Origin: Squalus acanthias
Taxonomy: Eukaryota
Length of the DNA stretch: 64,000 bases
Assembly: GCA_030390025.1 (NCBI GenBank)
Contig: CM059433.1
Location: forward strand, 16,308,001 to 16,372,000
Reading direction: 5' to 3'
Positions 24,906 to 37,163 of this stretch are shown one piece after another (the stretch's first letter is position 1; the number at the start of each line of letters is the position of its first letter). Made by a program: the position numbers and the translations under genes. Below the pieces are notes generated by a model that was given only the letters and a program-made list of their open reading frames with translations, did not search any database and had not been told where the DNA came from.

Positions 24906-27647
24906 GTTGAACTACTTGTACAGACTGAAGAAGATCATACCTATAGTCAGTAATTAGTTTTTCTCAATATTAAATTCCATTTTTAATTCATTTTCACAGT
25001 TTGTAAATCTTAGTTGCTCTTGGAATTTTTTCTTTGAATATCATGGGAAAGCTGAAAAATGTTGCATATTCCTAGGAATAGTACTGGATTGCTTTCTCAT
25101 CCACTTGTTGAACAGCCAACAAAGTAATTTAGGCTATTGATGGGAAATAAGCTGAATATGGTAAGGAGGGTAAACGTTGGGGAACATCTAGGAGCCAAGG
25201 ATGATTATTATATCAGATTTGAAATGGCCATTATGTTATATAGATAGACTAGTAACTCAAAATTATTGGACTTCAAAATAACAGGCTTTAAAGAAATGCA
25301 AAATAAATTGAAGAAATTTGACAAACTCAAAAGTACATAAGAAATCTACATGGGAAAAGCAGAAAACATTTAAAGAAACTACTTGATCTGTGGCATTGCA
25401 CACATGGAGTCGAGATCAAGTACAGTAGTCGGATCAAGTGGGGTTAGAGGGTGGGGGAATACCGATGGGGGAAGAGCGAGGAAAGATAAGAGGATGGGAA
25501 AGGGAGCTGAGGAATAGTGCAAGGGAAGAGGAGAGGAAGTGGGGGAGAGAACGAGGATAGAAGAGGTGGACAGGGATGGGAGAGGGGAGATGAGGGAGCT
25601 GGATGGGGGGGATAATGAGGGGAGAAGCGAAAAGAAGGAGGTGAATGATGTCTGGATGATCAATACTGGGAAGGGGGGAAACAGTTTCCCGGTGACCATT
25701 ATTATACTCTGTGTGGGGGAGCTCTATGGCCCAGAGATGATTCCTGTGCACTGTGTTTGGGGGTGGGGTGGTGGGCAGAGGGGAAATACTGCCCAGTGGG
25801 GGAGAGCCAAACTATCTAGGAGCTGCTTATGTTATATAACATCAAACATTGGAAAATCCCTAGCACAGCATCCCTTAGAGGTGTAACAGGTATTGCCATT
25901 ATATGTTGACACTTTTATAATGGGTTTTGCTATAGATGGAGCTTGATGATGTAGGTTTTGCTAATCCATTTTGAAATGGAATATGCACCCCATTGCACAA
26001 TTTTTTCAATCGATGACTGGAGCCTGTCTGATCAGAATTTCTCTTGGCGAAATCAAAACAGCTATAAGGGCAACAGAGGCCAATGTGCTGAGTGGAGATG
26101 TGAAGAGTCATATAAGGAACAAGCCATTTAAAATACAAATGGTATGGAGGACGAAGGATCATAAACGTATATTTTAAAAAAAGCAATTTTTTTAAAAGTA
26201 AAGGAAGAAGTATTATCAAATTGCAGAAAACATTTCAAGCAACATAAGAATTTTTCAAATATATACAAAATAGATAAAATGTTGAAGAAAGCATTGGACT
26301 GCTAAAACGAATAGTGGCAAACTGAAATTACGTGATAAGGAGTTGGTGGGACATGTGGGTCAGTGGCCAGGCAGAAGTGCTGCTCCCTTTAAAGTAAATG
26401 GAGCTGTTGCAGTCCCATGCAGCCTAGCTTTGCAGAGTAGTTCTGGAGGATAGTGGAGGTGCATTGTTTGCCTCTGTGAGGGTACAAAAATCAAACATGG
26501 TAAACAAGTGTGTCTTTTAAGAGATAGTTGGGGAGAGTACTCTGAATAAAAATACTCCCATGTGATTTTCCTATCCCTTTGAGTGACTTGACACATTCAT
26601 GTACATATACCCATTTTGGCCAGGTTTCCAAGTAAATGGCCCTGAAATTCGCCTCTCTGGCTTGCCGCGGGGGTAAGGATCGCGCGCGCACTTACCTACC
26701 GTGCCTGCCGTTGACCTCTGGGCCCAAGGGAACTTCAGCTCCTGGGCCTGCTCCAACTGCCGGTGCGCAGTGCGTGCGTGTCCCAGGGGCGCAGTTAGTG
26801 CGATGCGTCCCCTGGGATCACGTGGGCCATGGAGAGCCAATGGCAGCAGACCATCTTTCATTCATAGATTTGACAGGAAGACCTGTCAAATCTGTGAATT
26901 GAAATCGGCCCCAAAAGAACAGCTAAACTTAAAATAAATTTTTTAAAAAACCATCACATTTATAAAATAACTATATATGTTAGGGAGAAATTATTTCACT
27001 CCAGTCTGTTTATAGGTAAAAAGCAAAAAACAGTTTATTTAATATTCAGAGATCCCTGGGAGAAGTGGCACAGAACCTTGCTTGGTCCGATGGCTTCACT
27101 TCTCGACCTCTCGTTGTCAATGACAACCTTTTATTGAAGAGTTATCCAATCACATAGTTACAAAATATCACATGATTACAAGTATGTCCATTTCAAACTT
27201 AAACAGCTTACAATTAATTTGTTATATTCTAAACAATTTATGTCAGTTCAAGCTAAATCATTAATTCGTCATATTTTAATTCAAACTAAATAATTATGTT
27301 GCAAACTAAAAGCATTAATGACGTGTATATGTAATCTGTTAGAGGCCCCTAGTGTCTGGGTTTTACAGTCTTTCATTGTGTATTGACCTTGATTGTTGCT
27401 AAGTATCACAACGCTCAACCAGGCCTTATCTCCCACCTGGCTTCCCTTCGGTTTCATACAGAAAATGAGAATTCGTTATATTTTAATTTAAAGTGAGTTC
27501 AAATTAACTCTTTCACTCCCTCCTTTCGGTACCTTGCCAAATTAAAAATTCTGGTCAGGGATACCGACTTTCCCGCATTTATCATAAATTCGCCTCTCCC
27601 TTCTATCTATCCTCGGGATCGGGTGTCTGTATGAAAAGGAAAGAGCC

Positions 27648-28643
27648 TTACATATAGATATCCTGTAGTGGCTTTTCATTGCTTGGTTCAATAGTGACTA
27701 CAGCAACCGGCATCATTCTGTCCATAGCTGCCTTACAACATGCATTTAAAATCATCAAGGTAACACAGAGTGCTATTCCAATTACAAGAATAATTATCAG
27801 TCCATGCATCAAATATGAAACCCATGACCCCCCAAACAACCATCCCCACCAGTTTGCTCCTGCGGTTTTGTGTAACTTCCGAACTTCCCTCTGTATGTGC
27901 TCAGCCAAATCAGTTATATTTTCTGAACTGTCAGGAATGTATGTACAGCACTCTGTCCCAATCAATGCACATGTTCCCCCTTTTTCTGCTAGGAGGTAAT
28001 CAAGTGCCATTCGGTTCTGTAGCGTCACTGTCCTTATCGCTACCATCTCGGCGTTCATGTCTGTTAGAGCTTCTGCTGTATCATTCCCAACCTGTTCTAA
28101 AATCTCTGCCAACAACCGTATCTCTTTAATAGCTCTTGCGACTCCGTATGGGGGTAGATAGATCGCAAAGTATTTTTCAGCCTCATTAATTTCTCGTTTA
28201 TAACGATAGGCTGGGTGTTCCTTGAGGTTTAGGCAGTGGTGTACAAAGGGCACGACATACCCCAGATAACAAGACCCCGTCCAATTGAAAGGGAGCCATG
28301 GGTAAGCTTTATGTCCACATATGAAATAGGTGTTATTATAGGCTTCAAACCTACTCCATACGTTATTCATCATCATGATTTTACCCTTCCATGGCCCCCC
28401 ACTGGTTATATTTGGAATTGTACCGAGATTCCACGTCCCATACGTGAATGATGCACCACTGTACCCACTCCTGGTCATCCTTAATTCGTATTTCTGCTCG
28501 CAACTACTCCAACCCAATGTGAAGCAAATCAGAATGATGCATAATGCCCAGACCAATCCCCTTATCAGGGGCCATTCCCATTCTGTGTACGGTTTCCACT
28601 CTCCCTCATTCCTTATACTCGGTATTTGTTTTGTTGCGTCCAT
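27648..28643 (-). CDS. env: ERV envelope (gamma-type TM, very short SU), open 331-aa ORF
   Basis: Hydrophobic signal peptide, furin site RYKR, fusion peptide, immunosuppressive domain LQNRMALDYLLAEKGG, CX6CC (CALIGTECC) and a membrane anchor. Confidence 0.9.
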   Translation of the reverse strand: MDATKQIPSIRNEGEWKPYTEWEWPLIRGLVWALCIILICFTLGWSSCEQKYELRMTRSGYSGASFTYGTWNLGTIPNITSGGPWKGKIMMMNNVWSRFEAYNNTYFICGHKAYPWLPFNWTGSCYLGYVVPFVHHCLNLKEHPAYRYKREINEAEKYFAIYLPPYGVARAIKEIRLLAEILEQVGNDTAEALTDMNAEMVAIRTVTLQNRMALDYLLAEKGGTCALIGTECCTYIPDSSENITDLAEHIQREVRKLHKTAGANWWGWLFGGSWVSYLMHGLIIILVIGIALCVTLMILNACCKAAMDRMMPVAVVTIEPSNEKPLQDIYM

Positions 28644-28645
28644 CT

Positions 28646-29470
28646 CTACACAGGTGAAGGGTTATAGATCTTTAGCTGGGTCCAGTGTTTCCACCTTCCC
28701 ATTCCCTTTATATACAGGCACACGTGTCTCCACTGATAAGGACCGGCCCATCTTGGGGCAAACCCCTGTTTTGTAGGTAGGACCTTAACCATTACTTTTG
28801 TTCCTGCAAAGGGAACGTTTGTTAACGCAGTCAAGTCTAAATTTTTATCCTTTTCTTCCTGTCTTTCTCTAACCTGCTGTCTCATTTCTTTTAACTGCTT
28901 GCTTAATTCAAGGACATATCGGCGGATCCTATCCTGTAAGGGTCCTAGTTCCTCTCCCCCCCCGTGATAATTCCATAAGGGAGTTGCATTGCTCGCCCTG
29001 TCATTAATTCATAGGGAGATAAGCCTGTCGTTCGATTAGGGATAGCTCGCAATTTCATCAGGACTGCCGGCAGAGCATCTACCCAAAATTGGTGAATTTC
29101 ACTCAGAGCCTTTGCTAATGCGGTTTTTAGGGTTCGGTTCATTCGCTCCACCATCCCAGAGCTCTGAGGATGGTAGGGAATGTGGAATTTTTGTTTTATT
29201 CCCATCCATGCGCAGATATTCTTTACTACCTTTCCCGTGAAATGGGTTCCCTGGTCAGAGTCGATTTGAATAGGAACCCCCCCCCCCCCCCCACCTCGGT
29301 ATTATTTCTTCTGCCATTATCCGGGCCACTGTGGCAGCTGTGCAGTTTCGTGTGGGGAAAGCTTCCACCCATCTTGTGAATTGATCTATTATCACTAAGC
29401 AGTATAACCTTCCCCTTGAGATCGGTAGGGGTCCCGTAATGTCTATTTGTATCTTTTCCCAGGGACCCCT
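28646..29470 (-). pseudogene. pol: ERV integrase core and GPY/F region, frameshifted
   Basis: GPWEKIQIDITGPLP...DQFTRWVEAFP...IIPRWG, then a poly-G shift, then DSDQGTHF...YHPQSSGMVERMNRTLK...PRWAGPY. Confidence 0.9.
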
Positions 29471-29479
29471 TATTCAAAT

Positions 29480-29833
29480 TCAATTCATTGTTCCAATTCT
29501 GCCCCGCCTGGGGTATCCTCTGTTTCTTCTATCTGTTAATTCCATCCATTTTATTGTACTTTCTAATTTGGCTATTCTCTTTTCTTGTTCTTCCATCTTG
29601 CTAGTTTGTGTCGTAATCTTTCCTGTTAACATTAACTGATGTGTTAAAATTACTCCTGCCTTTCTAGTTTTCTTTTGTTTCTGCTTCTCCCACCACTCCC
29701 GTTGCGCCAGGGGTTTTCCTAACGGATCCCACCCATCTTTCCTCATTTGATCAATCAAACCCTTTTGGTCCTCGGCGTAGAGCCGACTCATGGATCCTGG
29801 CGGGCCCCAATCGGGTTCCGCGCCTTTCTCCAT
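29480..29833 (-). pseudogene. Probable N-terminal gag remnant fused at a deletion junction to integrase sequence
   Basis: First substantial ATG ORF after the leader, with a coiled-coil-like segment. It ends where integrase homology starts, so the call rests on position. Confidence 0.5.
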
Positions 29834-32316
29834 AATGTATTAATATCGTTACTAGCTTACCGCTTTCCGGCCACGACTAGTAACTCGTTTTCAGAGGTCT
29901 GCCTATCATCCACCATAAGTATGGTGGCGGCCCCGACTTGGAACAATCTTGCTCACAGAGGTGAGTTTTGGGCAGCCACTTGGCCCCTTTCACATGTAGC
30001 CATTAATACATTATCACAACACGTCATACAATCCAGCAGATCCCGCAACGCAACACAGCAGAGAGGTCTTACAGATTCTTTTGTCTGTCTCGGATTCCCA
30101 ACTAACTCTGGCCGTCACGTGGGGCCCAATCGCCCTCTTAATTTCGGCTCAGTATGGGTCCACGAGACATTTATAGTCTGAAATAACACATCAGGCTTCA
30201 AATATCTTAACTACTATTAATACGTTTAGTTAACCTTATTATTTCAATATACAAACACCTTATGCGCTACCTAGGTTTTAATAAACTGTTTCTTACCCGT
30301 CACAGACATCAAATTCGTTGGATACTGCGGTTTGCCTTCACACCGCCCTGCCAAGTGACCCAATTTCTGGGTGGTCAAAGATTTGACTACTCACCCTGTT
30401 CACTGGTACAGGCGGTCTTTCAGCTCCGAAGTATCCCTGCCGACTACGCCAATTGTTAGGGAGAAATTATTTCACTCCAGTCTGTTTATAGGTAAAAAGC
30501 AAAAAACAGTTTATTTAATATTCAGAGATCCCTGGGAGAAGTGGCACAGAACCTTGCTTGGTCTGATGGCTTCACTTCTCGACCTCTCGTTGTCAATGAC
30601 AACCTTTTATTGAAGAGTTGTCCAATCACATAGTTACAAAATATCACATGATTACAAGTATGTCCATTTCAAACTTAAACAGCTTACAATTAATTCGTTA
30701 TATTCTAAACAATTTATGTCAGTTCAAGCTAAATCATTAATTCGTTATATTTTAATTCAAGCTAAATAATATGTTGCAAACTAAAAGCATTAATGACGTG
30801 TATATGTAATCTGTTAGAGGCCCCTAGTGTCTGGGTTTTACAGTCTTTCATTGTGTATTGACCTTGATTGTTGCTAAGTATCACAACGCTCAACCAGGCC
30901 TTATCTCCCACCTGGCTTCCCTTCGGTTTCATACAGAAAATGAGAATTCGTTATATTTTAATTTAAAGTGAGTTCAAATTAACTCTTTCACTAGTTAAAT
31001 AAATTAACCACTTTAAACAAACATTTAAATTTTTGAAAAAATTAAAATACTTTTTAAAAGTGATAAAAAATAAACTTACCTTTCTTTAAAGTATCTAAAA
31101 AAGATAAACCTGTTGAAAATTTTTTTAAATTATACTTAATTAACCACTTACCTTGTTGAAAACGGGTCCTGCGTCTCCTTTTTAAAAGCGCAGGTTCTTC
31201 AATACTTACCCTCCCGGAGAAACCTGAAAAAAAATCTAAGTTCGCTGCGTGCACGCAGCCTCTACCGCGCACGCGGTTCACCTAGGAACCGCCCCCTTCA
31301 CCAGACCGGAAGTTCCGGTTTCCCGCGCATGCGCAGTGCATGCAGGAAACCGGCACTTCGGGACGCCTTACGGGTGAGTACGCACTGTGTACTCACCCGG
31401 GAAGGGCCGAATTTTTGGCCCAATATGATTGTAGGTACTGCATGTTATTTGAAGTTGATTGTAACTGCAGTCAAGAATTTCAAATATGCCCCACCTGGGA
31501 CCATTATTGCAGGGAAAGCTATCAACAGTGAAAATGTCAAAGTCTCTCCTTGTGGAATTAATCTTATTGCAATATTTCAGCACAAATCCCACTTGTGTCT
31601 GTCTATCGCTTTTGTTTTTCCCCAGACGGATTGTTTCCTGTCATACCAAATCTGACTTGCTGGATACTGTTGAAGAAAAAATTAAATCAGGTGTATATGT
31701 GATCTTTGGAATAATAAGATAATGGATGAAGCAATCCAAAAGAGTAATATAACAGTAACTTATAATAGAGGTGAACAAATTAAATCTGCTTTGAATTTAC
31801 AAGAAATATAATTGAGAAATGCACTTAATAGTTTGATCTGAATACGTAATAACCGTCAAAAATCTTTTTTTAAAGAAAAAGCTAAAGAAAGAATTACATT
31901 ACATTAAATCTACTGCACAGAAACAAATGATTCCCGTTTCCTTTTCTGAGCTGTTTACTTTTTTTAAGTGTGCTTGCGATCAACAACGAACTAAAGATCC
32001 ACCGTTTCTCAAAATGCCACTATAATGACCAGCAAATCATTTTAAACACAACAACAACTTGTATTTATATAACGCCTTTAACGTAGTAAACCATCCCAAG
32101 GCGCTTCACAGGAGTGTTATAAGACAAAAAATTTGACACCGAGCCACATAAGGAGAAATTAGGGCAGGTGACCCAAAGCTTGGTCAAAGAGGTAGGTTTT
32201 AAGGAGCGTCTTAAAGGAGGAAAGAGGTAGAGAGGCGGAGAGTTTTTGGCAGGGAATTCCAGAGCTTTGGGCCTAGACAACAGAAGGCACGGCCACCAGT
32301 GGTTCAGCAATTATAA

Positions 32317-32497
32317 AATTGAGAGGTCGCACAACACCAGGTTATAGTCCAACAGTTTTATTTGAAATCACAAGCTTTCGGAGCTATCGATTGCTCCGAA
32401 AGCTTGTGATTTCAAATAAAACTGTTGGACTATAACCTGGTGTTGTGCGACCTCTCAATTTTGTCCACCCCAGTCCAACACCGGCATCTCCGCATCA
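32317..32497 (+). mobile_element. Penelope-like element terminus: inverted pseudo-LTR hairpin plus 35-nt tail
   Basis: About 70-bp perfect inverted arms, a unique tail GTCCACCCCAGTCCAACACCGGCATCTCCGCATCA, and a 13-bp TSD TCAGCAATTATAA (32304-32316 and 32498-32510). Confidence 0.75.
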
Positions 32498-33408
32498 TCA
32501 GCAATTATAAGCAGGGATGCTCGAGGGCAGAATTAGAGGAGCGCAGATACCTCGGGGGTTGGGGGGGAGTGGGCTGTGGGTTGTGGGGCTGAAGGAGATT
32601 ACAGAGGTAGGGAGGGGCGAGGCCATGGAGGGATTTGAAAACAAGGATGAGAATTTTGAAATCGAGGCGTTGCTTAACCGGGAGCCAATGTAGGTCAGTG
32701 AGCCCAGGGGTGATGGGTAAAAGGGACAGTGCGAGTTAGGACACGAGCAGCCGAGTTTTGGATCACCTCAAGTTTACGTAGGGTAGAATGTGGGAGGCCT
32801 GCCACAAGAGCATTGGAATAGTCAAGTCTAGAAGTAACAAAGGTATGGATGAGGGTTTCAGCAGCGGATGAGCTGAGGCAAAGGCGGAGACGGACGATGT
32901 TACGGAGGTGGAAATAGGCGGCCTTAGTTATGCTGCGGATATGTGGTCAGAAGCTCATTTCAGGGTCAAATATCACACCAAGGTTGTGAACAGTGTGGTT
33001 CAGCCTCAGACAGATGTTAGAGAGAGGGATGGAGTCAGTGGCTAGGGAACGGAGTTTGTGGCGGGAACCGAAAACAATGGCTTCGGTCTTCCCAATATTT
33101 AGTTGGAGAAAATTTCTGCTCATCCAGAACTGGATGTCGGACAAGCAGCCTGACCATTTAGAGACCGTGGAGGTGTCGAGTGATGTAGAGCTGGGTGTCG
33201 TCAGCATACATGTAGAAACTGACGCTGTGTTTTCGGATGATGGCGCCAAGGGGCAACATGTAGATAAGAAATAGGAAGGGGCCAAGGATAGATCCTTGCG
33301 GGACACCAGAGGTAACCATGCGAGATCGGGAAGAGAAGCCGTTGCTGGTGATTCTCTGGCTACAATTAGATAGATAAGAATGGAACCACGCGAGTGCAGT
33401 CCCACACA

Positions 33409-33660
33409 TTTTTTTTAAATTTGTTTTTATGGAATGTGGGCGTCGCTGGCAAGGCCAGCATTTATTGCCCATCCCTAATTGCCCTTGAGAAGGTGGTGGT
33501 GAGCTGCCTTCTTGAACCGCTGCAGTCCGAGTGGTGATGGTACTCCAGCAGTGCTGTTAGGGAGGGAGTTCCAGGATTTTGACCCAGCAACGATGAAGGA
33601 TCGGCGATATACTTCTAAGTCAGGATGATGTGTGACTTGGAGGTGGTGGTGTTCCCATGC
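33409..33660 (-). mobile_element. 3' fragment of LINE family B nested in L2
   Basis: Nearly identical to 7932-8195. Confidence 0.9.
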
Positions 33661-34496
33661 TGAACGACAGTGGAGAGGCGTTGGAGAAGGATGGAGTGGT
33701 CAACCGTGTCAAAGGCTGCAGACTAGTCAAGAATGATGAGGAGGAATAGTTTACCTTTGTCACAGTCACAAAGAGTGTAATTTGTGACTTTGATGAGAGC
33801 CGCTTCGGTACTGTGACAAGGGCGGAAACCTGATTGGAGGGATTCAAACATGGAGTTGCGGGAAAGATGGGCGTGGATTTGGGAGGCGACAACACGTTCA
33901 AAGACTTTGGAGAGGGAATGGAGGTTGGAGATGGGGCGGTAGTTTGCAAAGACGGAGGGGTCAAGGATTGTTTTTTTGAGGAGAGGGGTGATGACAGCAG
34001 ATTTGAGGGAGAGGGGGACAGTACCTCAGGAGAGAGAACCGTTAACAACGTCAGCTAACCTGGGAGCCAGAAAAGGAAGTTGGGTGGTCAGCAGTTTGGT
34101 GGGAATAGGGTCGAGGGAGCAGGAAGTGGGTCTCATGGACAAGATGTGCGTGGAGAGGTCATGAGGGGAGATCGGAGAGAAACTGGAGAAAGATGTGATA
34201 CTTTTAGATGTACCAGCTTTAAAGAATAACGTAATAAAAATAATGATTTCAGATTTAATTTTCTGCATTATGGTTTGAATTCATAGGAAATGTTACTGTA
34301 TCACTGTAGTTCAATCATCTTTTCTTACATGTATCTGAACTTCCCTCCACCATAATCTAAAGAACAAGGGCATGAGGTAGAAGACCCACTTGCAGTGTAA
34401 AATACTACCCTTAAATAGTTTAAACAAGAAATAAATAATTCCCAAGTCTTCATGGCTTTTCGGAGAACCTTTTTCTTTTCCTACCTTCAGTGAAAG

Positions 34497-34632
34497 AAAG
34501 AACTTGCATTTATTTGGTGCCTTTCACATCCTCAGGACATCCCAAAGCATTTTACAGTCAATAAAGTGTTGTTATGTAGGCAGACATGGCAGCAAGGTTC
34601 CATAAATTATAAATGAAATGAATGACCAGCTA
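34497..34632 (-). mobile_element. 3' tail of a Deu-SINE or L2
   Basis: ACTTGCATTTATTTGGTGCCTTTCACATCCTCAGGACATCCCAAAGC resembles the reverse complement of the SINE tail near 44630-44665. Confidence 0.65.
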
Positions 34633-35837
34633 AATCTCGCTCCAGATGACACATGGAATTGAATGGATGGCCTTCTTTGCCTCAAATCATATTGTCTGTT
34701 CTTCCATCTCCGACCCCCTCCTCCTGGATATAGGGAATCAGTTTCCCTCCAGATAGGCAGTTAATAGTGATTAGAAATATAATGTGATCACCACTTGTAG
34801 AGATGAAACCGATATAAGCCAAACCAATTTGTCTGAAATGTGCAGGTTTTCCTGTGAATATACGGATCAATACAAGTTGGTTGTACCGATCAGCTTGAGC
34901 TGAATTCCTACGATGCTCTGCAGTGACCCTTAATGTTTACAGGCACTTCAAACAGCTGATCAGTCAGCTTCTTATCCTCACTTCTCAGCCTCTTAACATC
35001 AGCACTTTAATATCGCACGTTTTCAGTATTCCTGCCTATTTTGTGGTACATTCTTTTAGTCCCAAAACTGGCATTGCTGAGGGAATGCTGCTCCTTGCAA
35101 ACCATCAAATTAAACAACTGAACCATTGAGGTAGTAATCTGCAGTTAGGAACGCAGATTACTGGCATCCTAACTTCTTCCATGGGACTAATTATCCTCCA
35201 GTTGTACAACAGCAGCATATAATTTTTGATGATTTCACCCACTGGGATGCATTGCCACTTTCAGAAAGTGCTTGCAGACATGAGATTTTTAATATATTGT
35301 GGATGTGTTAAAGGATTTCATGTGATATTGCACATTCCAGCAATATGTTACTCTCGGCTTCTTACTGCGAAAATGCCTGGGCTAATGTAGCTCCATAATT
35401 TAACATTTGACAAATTAGAAGGATGCTAAGGAATACAGGAAATAGTTCTGTGACCTCAAATGAACGGGATTTAAAAGATGGCCATGATAAAAGTACAGTG
35501 TAAATTGCATATAGCAGACTTATCTGTGCCTATCTGATTTGTCTGGTTTGGCCTTTGTGACTGAATTGACTCAGGTTGAATGGATGGTGGACATAAAACA
35601 CTATAACTGATGCATAGTGAATGGTGTTTAATGTAAAACTGTCCTGGATAGTCGGGTTTGGTCATGGAAGCCTGGATTCTAGGTTGGGATAGTGGAGACC
35701 CAAGTAGCCGGGCCAGGTTCTTGATGGCCTTGAGTGTCAGGTTTAGGTCAGGAGGCCTGGAGAGTTGTTTCAGGTTAAGAGGTCTGAAGAAACTTGGGTG
35801 CACATGGAAGTGCCAGTCAAACCAGTTATCCTGTCTA

Positions 35838-36002
35838 AATCTATTTCATTTCCTGCTTTTTTCCAGTTCTGACGAAAGGTCTTCGACCTGAAACGTTAAC
35901 TCTGTTTCTCTCTCCACGGATGCTGCCTGGCCTGCTGAGTTTTTCCAGCGTTTTCTGTTGTTATTTCGGATTTCCAGCATCCGCAGTATTTTGCTATCGT
36001 AT
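35838..36002 (+). mobile_element. Short Penelope-type retroelement terminus with a 15-bp TSD
   Basis: Flanked by CAGTTATCCTGTCTA (35823-35837 and 36003-36017). It contains a hammerhead motif and has related copies at 46757-46860 and about 56010-56182. Confidence 0.7.
35865..35901 (+). ncRNA. Minimal type I hammerhead ribozyme motif
   Basis: AGTT-CTGACGA-A-[AGGTC ttc GACCT]-GAAA-CG-TT-AACT: conserved core, 5-bp stem II, 4-bp stem I and palindromic ACGT in place of stem III. Confidence 0.65.
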
Positions 36003-37163
36003 CAGTTATCCTGTCTATTGCGTGTGTGTGCAGTTTTATCGAGTTTACCTGATTTCCCAAACAAATTGAGTCTACTATAAATGCAGCCCACAGTACAAGA
36101 AGAATTGGAAAGGGCGTAGATATGCTACCATGTTTAAAAAAAAAACTGATTGCTGCTTAAGAAAGCTGGCTCTGCTTCTTAAATCTTAGGAGATAGGATC
36201 CAATGAGCCCTTGTATTTGTAAGTTGTCGTTTCACATCATAAATCATAGATCTCCATTTGCTGTACAAAAATATACATGTAATACAGAATCACAAGATAT
36301 GGATGGCAACATCACATTGCCTATTGTATACTAACCATGCTGATGAGCCACTTGTACCAGAATGTTTTAATTGGAAAAAAATTATGGTGCAATTATGCTT
36401 GTCTGTTGTCAGCTTATTAACATTTCAGTCATTCTGCATTAGTTCAGTAAAGCTGTGCTTAATGCAGTGCAAACTTGTGCTGTCACACTAATAAATTTGG
36501 CTTGTTGTTGCTGAAAAGACAAAGTGGAGTAAAATTATGCAATTGCTATCCACAAAGGAGGTTACCAACTATTGATCAACTCTAAACTGTTAGCAGAATA
36601 CAGTAATGTGTATGTATAGCTATCTTTTTTTTTTCAAACCTGTGCACCTGTTTAAATCAATGAGTCACAAGATAGTTTATATCAGTTGGCTTCAAACTCT
36701 ACAAAGTTTCTGCTGTTTACAATGTTGGCTACCATTTGCTGTATACTGTTTGTAAACTATTGACTGATTTATGACGGGGATTTCGAAACCACAGTTTGTA
36801 GTACCACAGTTAATGCTGCTGAGGTAAATTTTAAATGACAGAGGAAATATACTAGTTAAGTACATGAAGAAAAAGCGCAAATGAGATCTCGTGGCCTAGG
36901 AAATGATTCTGCAGGCACTTGGGGTAGACAAATGCAAGGCACTTATCAACTGAGTGATTACTACCAGTAACCACAAGTCAATGGAGTGGACTGTGATGAG
37001 TAAGCAAAATATTTTGTCAGTGGGTTCTATTTACTGCATCTCAAAATGATTTTCAATCAGTTTTAAAACATCACATTGAAAAGGAAGTTACCCATGCATT
37101 TTAAAAAAAAAAAGCATATTGGCTAAAGAAGCAAATAACTACAGCACTTCTTTGAAGGGAGAA

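Larger units (their letters stand above)
26978..30990 (-). mobile_element. Endogenous retrovirus, internally deleted (LTR - partial gag - integrase - env - LTR)
   Basis: LTRs at 26978-27515 and 30454-30990 (TG...CA; about 5 substitutions and 1 indel by eye). PBS CCTGCCGACTACGCCA matches a tRNA-Ser(AGA/TGA) 3' end, and PPT GAAAGGAGGGAG is present. Protease and RT are absent, and there is no clean TSD. Confidence 0.95.
26638..31421. mobile_element. Harbinger-type MITE with AAT TSD, split by the ERV
   Basis: aat-GGCCCTGAAATTCG...CGAATTTTTGGCCC-aat, about 770 bp once the ERV is removed. Confidence 0.8.
32050..34200 (-). mobile_element. L2 LINE (RT to 3' end) with nested insertions
   Basis: [57 protein letters not shown] and an L2 3' tail. 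Confidence 0.9.

Noticed and set aside
25379..25886. Pro/Ser-rich and Gly/Glu-rich ORFs
   Set aside because: Purine-rich low-complexity sequence within a degraded repeat region, with no splice or domain support.
32315..32462. miRNA gene or TIR MITE
   Set aside because: The asymmetric tail, 13-bp TSD and variable centre in the second copy fit a Penelope-type retro-insertion better.
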